A stretch of 64,000 nt of DNA from Bdellovibrionales bacterium (GCA_965243065.1 CBDETO010000005.1:987520-1051519), one strand, 5' to 3'. Positions 47,953 to 55,355 are shown, numbered from the stretch's first letter. Translations and numbers: made by a program. The notes: generated by a model from the sequence alone, not told the origin.

Positions 47953-48193
47953 TGATTGGTGATTGGTGATTGGTGATTGGTGATTGGTGATTGGTGATTG
48001 GTGATTGGTGATTGGTGATTGGTGATTGGTGATTGGTGATTGGTGATTGGTGATTGGTGATTGGTGATTGGTGATTGGTGATTGGTGATTGGTGATTGGT
48101 GATTGGTGATTGGTGATTGGTGATTGGTGATTGGTGATTGGTGATTGGTGATTGGTGATTGGTGATTGGTGATTGGTGATTGGTGATTGGTGA
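47953..48193. repeat. heptanucleotide simple-sequence tract, 34 perfect copies of TGATTGG (CCAATCA on the coding strand) plus a partial copy
   Basis: Counted: 47953..48190 = 238 nt = 34 x 7. The two track ORFs 47929..48246 and 47934..48206 are just (ITNHQSP)n translations of it. Confidence 0.97.
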
Positions 48194-48327
48194 CTATAAT
48201 ATACATTCATATCTGTAATCTCCTTATCGAAAAAGTTACTTAACAATCCCTGAAAAATGGCTCTTATTCAAAATTTCCCCAACAAGAGGGAAAAATGAGT
48301 TAGGCCCTTGAGAGCACAATGCGACTA

Positions 48328-48381
48328 GATTCCCGTTCTCCATTCCCCGCTTTCGCGAGGACAAGCTTCACGGGAATGACA
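48328..48381. repeat. nested hairpin repeats (one unit inside the loop of another)
   Basis: GATTCCCGT[TCTCCATTCCCCGCTTTCGCGAGGACAAGCT]TCACGGGAATGACA. Confidence 0.7.
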
Positions 48382-48393
48382 AAGAGATAAGTT

Positions 48394-48506
48394 CTTCAGG
48401 AGGAATAGGAGGCAAAAGCGAGTTCGGATTTGACACACGAGCAACCAAAGGTTGCTCTGTGGCAAAACGCATGTCCGAACCTTTTGTACTCCTATTCCTC
48501 CTGAAG
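48394..48506. repeat. 113-nt palindromic element: conserved core flanked by copy-specific perfect 18-nt arms (copy 1)
   Basis: Arms are CTTCAGGAGGAATAGGAG and CTCCTATTCCTCCTGAAG. Core is CGAGTTCGGATTTGACA-[hairpin]-TGGCAAAACGCATGT. Confidence 0.8.
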
Positions 48507-48518
48507 AGCAAGAGCGAC

Positions 48519-48594
48519 TGGTTCCCGTTCCCCATTTTCACGGGGACAAGCTTGACACAGGAGCAACTAGATTCCCGTTTTCACGGGAATGACA
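48519..48594. repeat. two hairpin repeat units
   Basis: GGTTCCCGTTCCCCATTTTCACGGGGACAAGC and GATTCCCGTTTTCACGGGAATGACA. Confidence 0.7.
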
Positions 48595-48653
48595 GTTTAT
48601 CGGCACTCTTCACTTTTTTCTTTAATTTTTTTTCCGACTTCGACCCACAGTAC

Positions 48654-48720
48654 AAAAAACAACAAAATCCGGATTTTCCTATCTAAATATTCGGATTTCG
48701 GATTTTTTTCTCTCAAAAAT
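48654..48720. repeat. AT-rich dispersed repeat, copy 2 (inverse of 41344..41400)
   Basis: AAAATCCGGATTTTCCTATCTAAATATTCGGATTTCGGATTTTTTTCTCTCAAAA. Confidence 0.7.
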
Positions 48721-48869
48721 AGCTCTAAACTCACTCTTTCCCCATTCTCCCTTTTGCACATTATGAAAGCACCATGAACACAAGGGAAAGCCTAAGCCTC
48801 CTTGAACTTAAACAAAATATACCAATTTAGCTTGAAGGCTCTAGGTGTATAGCTGAACAGTTTTCAAAA

Positions 48870-48976
48870 CTTAAAAAAGAAAGGCTTAAAACGAGTTCGG
48901 CTTTGACATAAATGCGGCGGTACGCCCGCTTTATGGCAAAACGCATGTTTGAGCTTTTAAGCCTTTCTTTTTTAAG
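48870..48976. repeat. 107-nt palindromic element, copy 2 (same core, different 22-nt arms)
   Basis: Arms are CTTAAAAAAGAAAGGCTTAAAA and TTTTAAGCCTTTCTTTTTTAAG. Core is CGAGTTCGGCTTTGACA-[hairpin]-TGGCAAAACGCATGT. Confidence 0.8.
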
Positions 48977-49046
48977 TTTTTACACACAAACACTGAATTG
49001 TAATTGAAATATTCAAATCAAATTTTTTAAACAGGATTTTAGTAAA

Positions 49047-49979
49047 ATGGCTATTCACACCAACCATCACGATCAGTTCTTTAAGTTCTTCTTCTCTAAA
49101 ACAGAACTGGCCCAAGAATTACTTGAACTTATTTTCTCTAAAGAAGAACTAAAAGCCTACGACCTAACAAAACTAAAAGCAGAGCAAAACTCCTTCCCCG
49201 ATGGCCGTAGTGCAGACCTCATCTTCTCCCTACCTCTGAAAAACAACAAAAAATCCGAAGTTCGTATATTTATACTGCTCGAACACAAATCCTCTTACAA
49301 TGTAAAGGTTTTTGAACAGCTTTTCCGGTACCAATATCTGCTTATCGAACAAAGCTTAAGTAAGGAAGGAGTCATTACCCCTATTATCTGTGTTGTCTTC
49401 TCTCATGGAAAAACACCACGGAAGTGGAAGCTCTCTTTCCAGGAGGCTTTAGGGGATCCGGATTTTTTAACTTTGCCTCTTACTTTTAGAAAAAGTATGT
49501 TAAACTTTGAGATAAGGCTTTTGGACATACAGGATAAGCAGTGGGGGTGGGTGTTTAAGAACTCTCATTTTCAAATTCGGGGTGTTTTATATTTGTTACG
49601 GGAAGTATGGTCAGGAGAGTTAAACTTTAAAACAGTATGTTTTCTTTTTAAAGAGATGTTGCAAAGGCAAAGGGATACAGAAGGCATAATATTAAACATA
49701 CTGAAGTATTTACTGAAGGGCTATAAGATGAAGCCAGAGCTATGTGAGAAAATGGAGTTAGAGATGATAAAAGAGGATTTAATAAAAAAGGGAGGTTATA
49801 TGGACGCAAGGGACTATTTTAGAGAAGAAGGACGACAGGAAGGACGACAAGCCGGACGGAAAGAAAGAGATAAAGAAGTAATTTTAAATATGCTGAAAGA
49901 AAAAGCGGATATTGCTTTTATTTCGAAAGTGACAGGTTTGTCTGAAAAAGCAATCAGAAAATTAAAAAACGGCTCTTAA
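49047..49979 (+). CDS. Rpn-family recombination-promoting nuclease / PD-(D/E)XK putative transposase (YhgA-like)
   Basis: 310 aa. HHDQFFKFFFS...AQELLE, ADLIFSL...IFILLEHKSS, typical of the Rpn/PDDEXK_2 family. C-terminal GRQEGRQAGRKE repeat. Confidence 0.7.
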   Translation: MAIHTNHHDQFFKFFFSKTELAQELLELIFSKEELKAYDLTKLKAEQNSFPDGRSADLIFSLPLKNNKKSEVRIFILLEHKSSYNVKVFEQLFRYQYLLIEQSLSKEGVITPIICVVFSHGKTPRKWKLSFQEALGDPDFLTLPLTFRKSMLNFEIRLLDIQDKQWGWVFKNSHFQIRGVLYLLREVWSGELNFKTVCFLFKEMLQRQRDTEGIILNILKYLLKGYKMKPELCEKMELEMIKEDLIKKGGYMDARDYFREEGRQEGRQAGRKERDKEVILNMLKEKADIAFISKVTGLSEKAIRKLKNGS

Positions 49980-50239
49980 CTTTAGCGAGTCAACCCTCTA
50001 AATTTTATACTGAAGTTTTGTCATAATCTTTAATTGACCAATATAAAAAAGGTCTTATTTCTTTTCCTCAGGTATCTGAAAAACTGCCTATAGACTTATA
50101 TCGCTTCCTTGGAGAAAATTTTTAGGAAATATTTTTTTGAGGGGTAACAATCTTGCATACATTGAGGTCATTTTGCACGACTTTTTGACGATATACACAT
50201 TAAAACAGAGATGGTTATTCTTTGCTCTTTGAGCATAAA

Positions 50240-51490
50240 TCACCAATTCATCACAATAGGAATTTTATTTTTTTCACACACTTGTTCTAACTCCCGTTTA
50301 TTCTTTCGGTCCTCGGCTAATACAAGCAAACAGCCGCCCCCACCTGCCCCACAGAGTTTGACCTCTTTAGCACCATGACTCCTCATTAAATCAATAAGAG
50401 AAGATACAGAAGGGTTCAACCAATTGGAAAAATACTTGCCTCTTAATGCTTGTTCTTTGTTCAAACAAATAAATAAATCAGACCAATTTTCCTGACGGCA
50501 AATTTCCAAGGTCTTTAAAGCGTTGTCTCTAAGTTGATAGATACCATTTAAAATATCCTGATCTTTTTCAATAATTTTTTTTAATATCTCCCAATTATTA
50601 TTCCCAGAGTGATGGCTGTGCCCCGTATCTACTAATAGAAAATGATCTTTAAAAAAAGCGATAGGAATTTTTTTTCTACTCCATTTAGGGCCGGAAGAAA
50701 TACATTCAATAACATAAAGAAAATCCGGTTCTTCCTCTATAGCAGGAACATAATCCTGAACCCCCGCAGGAGCATGCAGCAAAGAAGTTTCTAAATCCCG
50801 ACATAGCATCAATAATTCATTTTTCGTTAGCTCTTTTTTCAATACAGAAGAAAGTACTTTCGCCAAGCCCACACAGAGGCTGGAACTGGCACCCAACCCG
50901 CCCCCTACGGGAGACTCTGACCTTAGAGAAATACTTTTTAGAAAAACCTGCTCCTTTGGCATATACCTACTCCAATATTCCAGATGTGTTTTTAATAATC
51001 TGAGTTCATCTGAAGAGTCTTTTAATAGATTATTTAAGCTTGTAAAAGAGTTTTTATAAGACCCAGAGGGGGAAAAAATACTCACATCTATTTTTGCTTT
51101 ATCAAAATGACGAGCCTCCCTAACATGAGAAACTCCCCGGGAAGAGTTGTCATCCCTTTGAAAATAAGTGTCCAGAATTAGTTTTTCTGGATTCCCGCTT
51201 TCGCGGGAATGACATTTTTCGCGGGACGGGAAGCCACCAAAGTGGCTTCCCGCTTCGTGGGATGGAAAGGCAACAACTTGCCTTTCTGTTTGAGCAGAAA
51301 TAACATCATTTTCTGTTTGAACAGAAGTAAAAACAGGAATAGAAAAGTTAAGCACAACACAATCGGGCACAAGAGCATACACAGGCCAAATATCCAACAA
51401 GCCTCCAGCCAAATCCACTCTTGTTGGACTTTTTACACTATACTTATACATTTTGTGTTCATCCATAATTAGCACCATTATAAAAATCAT
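50240..51490 (-). CDS. GHMP-family sugar kinase carrying an in-frame hairpin-repeat insertion
   Basis: PTRVDLAGGLLDIWP (motif I), SPVGGGLGASSSLCVG (motif II), LCGAGGGGCLLVLA (motif III). Start uncertain (Met codons at 51490, 51478, 51466, 51451). Confidence 0.7.
   Translation of the reverse strand: MIFIMVLIMDEHKMYKYSVKSPTRVDLAGGLLDIWPVYALVPDCVVLNFSIPVFTSVQTENDVISAQTERQVVAFPSHEAGSHFGGFPSREKCHSRESGNPEKLILDTYFQRDDNSSRGVSHVREARHFDKAKIDVSIFSPSGSYKNSFTSLNNLLKDSSDELRLLKTHLEYWSRYMPKEQVFLKSISLRSESPVGGGLGASSSLCVGLAKVLSSVLKKELTKNELLMLCRDLETSLLHAPAGVQDYVPAIEEEPDFLYVIECISSGPKWSRKKIPIAFFKDHFLLVDTGHSHHSGNNNWEILKKIIEKDQDILNGIYQLRDNALKTLEICRQENWSDLFICLNKEQALRGKYFSNWLNPSVSSLIDLMRSHGAKEVKLCGAGGGGCLLVLAEDRKNKRELEQVCEKNKIPIVMNW
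51189..51286. repeat. modular hairpin repeat (units A-B-C) inside the GHMP kinase ORF
   Basis: GGATTCCCGCTTTCGCGGGAATGACATTTTTCGCGGGACGGGAAGCCACCAAAGTGGCTTCCCGC..., near-identical to 63548..63620. Translated as AFPSHEAGSHFGGFPSREKCHSRESGNPEK. Confidence 0.85.
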
Positions 51491-51625
51491 TTGCTATTTA
51501 AACCTATATCCCTTTAATATATAAATATATGAAATTTTTTACAATTTACTTTATGGTTTCTTTATTTGCTTCGCCTCACTATGTATATCGAATCGGTACA
51601 GATTCCCGCTTTCGCGGGAGTGACA
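51471..51625 (+). repeat. 155-nt direct repeat, copy 1 (promoter plus first ~30 codons of the 53126 gene)
   Basis: Near-identical to 53064..53222, apart from a 4-nt TA-repeat indel and a few substitutions. Encodes a truncated MKFFTIYFMVSLFASPHYVYR... ORF starting at 51531. Its distal part carries the hairpin-repeat units at about 51585-51647. Confidence 0.85.
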
Positions 51626-51727
51626 AGGCTCTCGCGAGGACGGGAGGGCCATTTCACTGATTTTTAAAACGGAAAATTTTTCATTTAATGCTTTTTTTCT
51701 TTATTGTTGTGTTTTATATAAACGGAA

Positions 51728-52885
51728 ATGAAAAAGGTCAGATTTTTTTGTTTTTTATCTTTATTAACTGTGTTTCCCGGTCTCTGTTATTCTGCCAAGA
51801 AAAAGTCTTCAGTTTGCAAAACAATGTTTGCAAATGAGGGGGAGAACTTTGAAGACTTGTTTCCGTTCAAGAACTTTGTTCAGCTTATGGTAGATCTTAA
51901 AATTTATTCCACCCTAGATTTGGTTAAAGCAAAAAGAGACGGGGATTTTCCTGAAGAGGTTCCTGATAAACCTCTACAGACTTATCCTGAACTAGAAGGA
52001 AAATGGAGTTTGCTATGGGATACAGTGCATGCTCTTCATTTATCTCAAAGGGAAGATGTAGCTAAGCGGAGAAAATGGACGACGAGTGAGGTTCGAGCCT
52101 TTATAAAAGAAGTCTTGAAGACAGAAAGTCGGCGTAACAGCCAAATAAATAAAGTAGGGGAGCATGTTCCAGAGAGGCAGAAAAAAATCGGGAGAAAAGC
52201 CTTGTCTAGCCACGTGCCGGCAGCCCTGATAGCTCATAATGAAAGACTGAGAAAAAACCAGGAAGAAGTGCTTTCTTTAATAGCCAAGAATCCTCAAATA
52301 AAGGTAGAGGAGTTGGCAGAGCAGATGCAAATACCAAAGAGACCCACAGAGCAGATAATTTCTAAGTTAAAAGAAGGAGGCCATCTGGTGAGAGTGGGAA
52401 GGACTAGTAAATATGGATACTGGGAGGTTTTTAAAGAAGGAGAGAAAGTGTCTGCTTCTGTTGTCAGCCTGCAAAGCGAGCGGGAGAGTAAAATGCTTTC
52501 TTTAATAGCCAAGAATCCTCAAATGAAGGTAGGAGAGTTGGCAGAGCAGATGCAATTATCAAATAGACTCACAGATGAGATAATCTCTAAGTTGAAAGAA
52601 GGAGGCCATCTGGTGAGAGTGGGAGGGAGCAGTAAATATGGATACTGGGAGGTTTTTAAAGAAGGAGAGAAAGTGTCTGCTTCTGTTGTTAGCCTGCAAA
52701 GCGAGCGGGAGAGTAAAATGCTTTCTTTAATAGCCAAGAATCCTCAAATGAAGGTAGGGGAGTTGGCAGAGAAGATGCAAATATCAGAGAGATCCGCAAG
52801 GGGGATAATCTCTAAGTTGAAAAAAGAAGGCCGGCTGGTGAGAGTGGGAGGGAGCAGTAAATATGGATACTGGGAGGTACTTTAG
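51728..52885 (+). CDS. signal-peptide protein with three tandem winged-helix (HTH) DNA-binding-like modules
   Basis: MKKVRFFCFLSLLTVFPGLCYSA signal-like N-terminus. Three copies of LSLIAKNPQMKVGELAEQMQ.S.R....IISKLKEGGHLVRVGGSSKYGYWEV. Confidence 0.6.
   Translation: MKKVRFFCFLSLLTVFPGLCYSAKKKSSVCKTMFANEGENFEDLFPFKNFVQLMVDLKIYSTLDLVKAKRDGDFPEEVPDKPLQTYPELEGKWSLLWDTVHALHLSQREDVAKRRKWTTSEVRAFIKEVLKTESRRNSQINKVGEHVPERQKKIGRKALSSHVPAALIAHNERLRKNQEEVLSLIAKNPQIKVEELAEQMQIPKRPTEQIISKLKEGGHLVRVGRTSKYGYWEVFKEGEKVSASVVSLQSERESKMLSLIAKNPQMKVGELAEQMQLSNRLTDEIISKLKEGGHLVRVGGSSKYGYWEVFKEGEKVSASVVSLQSERESKMLSLIAKNPQMKVGELAEKMQISERSARGIISKLKKEGRLVRVGGSSKYGYWEVL
52268..52885 (+). repeat. 225-bp tandem repeat, 2.7 copies, within the CDS
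   Basis: CTTTCTTTAATAGCCAAGAATCCTCAAAT starts at 52271, 52496 and 52721, an exact 225-nt spacing. Confidence 0.9.
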
Positions 52886-53063
52886 CTACAATGTTGTGTT
52901 TCAGCTTTAATAAAAAAACCTTAAATTTGCTTCGTTAAAAGAATTTGTGGGTGATGAGAGGTGGTTCTGGGAGTTTGTTTGTATCCCTGTTAAGTTTTTT
53001 CGCAGACCCATTTCACTCCTATTATTCTTTAAAGCTTCCCTATTTAATTAAGATACCATTTAT

Positions 53064-53222
53064 AGCACCATTATAAAAATTATTTGCTATTTAAGCCTAT
53101 ATCCCTTTAATATATATATAAATATATGAAATTTTTTACAATTTACTTTATGGTTTCTTTATTTGCTTCGCCTCACTATGTATATCGAACCGGTACAGAT
53201 TCCCGCTTTCGCGGGAGTGACA
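53064..53222 (+). repeat. direct repeat, copy 2 (159 nt)
   Basis: See 51471..51625. This copy is joined to the full-length ORF 53126..53776 and runs into the hairpin-repeat units at about 53183-53258. Confidence 0.85.
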
Positions 53223-53776
53223 TTTCCCACGAGGATGACATTTTTCGCGGGAATGACAGACAAGGCTGGAGTGATAGTGCTCTCGTGAAGGGGGGGATCA
53301 AACAAGATCAGTATAAAATAACTGCTAAAAAGCCAAAAATGAAGACTCAAGCTAAAAAACCGACACCGCAAAAAGCAAAAAGATTATTAGCAAAAGAAGA
53401 CGCGCTCCCAAAAGATTATGACAAAACAAAAAAAAGTAAGACAGAACTGGTAAAAGAATTTGAAAAACAGCTAACATATCTAAAACAAACTTGTGAAACA
53501 AAAGAGGATAAACAAGAGTTCTTACAAACACAATTAAATGCTTTTGACGGTTTTTTAAAAATCAGCTTAAAAGATCCTAATATGGATTACACTTTACAAC
53601 TTTTATTTTCTGATATAACCAGTGTCATTGCAGAAATGAACTCCTCTAATTTGAATTTAGACACCTTTATCCGACTCTACAGAATGCTTTATAACCTGCC
53701 GGAAAATATGGAAACAGCAAACTACCCCGACTATTGGGCCCAAATCATAGCCCAAAGTATAGAGTGCACTCAATAA
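53126..53776 (+). CDS. hypothetical protein (N-terminal hydrophobic segment, then repeat-derived sequence)
   Basis: 216 aa. Residues ~20-50 (TGTDSRFRGSDISHEDDIFRGNDRQGW) are encoded by hairpin repeat units at 53183..53258. Confidence 0.45.
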   Translation: MKFFTIYFMVSLFASPHYVYRTGTDSRFRGSDISHEDDIFRGNDRQGWSDSALVKGGIKQDQYKITAKKPKMKTQAKKPTPQKAKRLLAKEDALPKDYDKTKKSKTELVKEFEKQLTYLKQTCETKEDKQEFLQTQLNAFDGFLKISLKDPNMDYTLQLLFSDITSVIAEMNSSNLNLDTFIRLYRMLYNLPENMETANYPDYWAQIIAQSIECTQ

Positions 53777-53869
53777 AAGAGGAGAAAATTAAAGCTATAT
53801 ACTGGCCGTGTTTGAGAAAAGAAAAGGCCAAAATAGTAGATACAGAAAACTCACTAAGGAAAGCACAAC

Positions 53870-55297
53870 ATGCACTATAAAGTTATTTTTATTCTTATTC
53901 TCTTCACTCACAGTCCTATTGCTTTAGCAAACGATTCAAAACTTCCTTATGACAGCCAATGCACCAAACATAAAATACAACGAACAAATGATCTTGCCCA
54001 AGACCCCTCTATAACAGAAGCTGATTTTTGTGAGCAATGTGAAAGCTATTTCGCTAATACGCTTGAAGACTACATTTCTATTAAAGAGATTTTTACTGCC
54101 ATTCCTAAACAATGTTTTTTAGCTATGGCTCTTCGAGGAAATAGACTATTCTCCTACGATCAATATGTACATTGTGAATCAAAAAACCAAGCATCCTTTG
54201 ATAAAAGAAGAAAGTTTTGCATCAATGAAGATTATATCAATACGATATATGAAGCTTGGACAGATGTGGCGGAATGCTTCAATTACAGCTTAGAAAGACA
54301 AAAAGAGATTTTTCATCTCATCAATCAAGAATCAGGAGGAATTTTAAATATCAAAAGTAAGACAGGAGCTAGATGTCTAGGTCAAGTAACTATTGATTAT
54401 GTAAAAACGATTAACACTCTCATCAGGTCTGCTGATAAGAAAAACCCTTTACAGCATTCAGAGATTTACACAGAAGTGGCACAAAGATGCCCGCAGATGA
54501 CAGAAAAAGCTTTAGAAAATATAAATTTCATCACTTGTCAAACCAGCTTGGACCCTCATACTTGTCTTTTTTACACATTTTACGGTCTGGAAAGAAACCA
54601 CAGAATAATGACAAACAATTTACAATCTAAATTGGATTATATGGGCAATAGAGAATTTCCGGAAAGTGTAGCTCATAAATATCAACTTCCCATTAAGCTA
54701 AACGAGATGCTACATATTACAGGGACTACAAAAAACGGCAATAGTGTTGATTGGGTGATTTGGGATGATTCGGAGTTATATGAATTATGGGAAAGAATAG
54801 ATGACTCAAAAGATCTGACAATAAAAAAAGTACCCCTTTTTAAAAAGCAAGAAGAGATTGAAAAGATGTTTAACTATTGGGCGCATAATGGAGGACAATC
54901 TTTAGTCAACAACAGTTTAATAAAACGAATAGAAAAACTAAAAAGAGATATTTCCCGTTCTTGCAGATCCCATTCAAAAAAACCCAGATGTTTGGCCAGA
55001 GAACAAATAAAGCAAAAAGGGAGGGGTATAGATAGCTCATTGGCTTTAAAAATTTTCTCTGCAGATTTATTGGAAACTTACCCCAGTAACAGTAAAAAAA
55101 GAAGAACAGAAGTATCTCAATATATAACCAAAATGATAGATTCCTCCCAACGGACTTTTAGTTATAATAAAGGTTCAGAGGGCACTAATTCTATGCTAAA
55201 TAATTATGCAAATGCTCAGCCAAACTTAAGTGCAAAAGAGAGGGTTTCTTTCCAAAAAAAAGTTTCTAATGTATGCCCTAAGCTCAGTTTTAAGTAA
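53870..55297 (+). CDS. secreted protein, possible SLT-type lytic transglycosylase
   Basis: Signal-like N-terminus. INQESGGILNIKSKTGARCLGQVT resembles the E-S ... GAxGLMQ catalytic block of family-1 lytic transglycosylases. Weak call. Confidence 0.3.
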   Translation: MHYKVIFILILFTHSPIALANDSKLPYDSQCTKHKIQRTNDLAQDPSITEADFCEQCESYFANTLEDYISIKEIFTAIPKQCFLAMALRGNRLFSYDQYVHCESKNQASFDKRRKFCINEDYINTIYEAWTDVAECFNYSLERQKEIFHLINQESGGILNIKSKTGARCLGQVTIDYVKTINTLIRSADKKNPLQHSEIYTEVAQRCPQMTEKALENINFITCQTSLDPHTCLFYTFYGLERNHRIMTNNLQSKLDYMGNREFPESVAHKYQLPIKLNEMLHITGTTKNGNSVDWVIWDDSELYELWERIDDSKDLTIKKVPLFKKQEEIEKMFNYWAHNGGQSLVNNSLIKRIEKLKRDISRSCRSHSKKPRCLAREQIKQKGRGIDSSLALKIFSADLLETYPSNSKKRRTEVSQYITKMIDSSQRTFSYNKGSEGTNSMLNNYANAQPNLSAKERVSFQKKVSNVCPKLSFK

Positions 55298-55355
55298 AAA
55301 CTGGGCTTCATTAAAAGAATTTATGGGTGATAACAGATAGGCATGATAATCTGAT

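Noticed and set aside
47929-48246. Track ORFs 47929..48246 (105 aa) and 47934..48206 (90 aa), encoding (ITNHQSP)n, as genuine repeat proteins
   Set aside because: They are simply two reading frames of the 34 x 7-nt tract and terminate right after it. The biologically meaningful frame is the third one, which continues into the pilin-like gene.
48455-48470. Sigma54 promoter in the conserved core TGGCAAAACGCATG, and TTGACA as a -35 box
   Set aside because: The GG-to-GC spacing is about 6 nt rather than the required 10. TTGACA has no convincing -10 partner at 16-18 nt in both copies.
48394-48976. Integron attC sites (imperfect palindromes with conserved boxes and a variable centre)
   Set aside because: The boxes (GTTCGGA / TCCGAAC in copy 1 only) do not fit GTTRRRY / RYYYAAC. 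No intI integrase or cassette-like ORF array is nearby.
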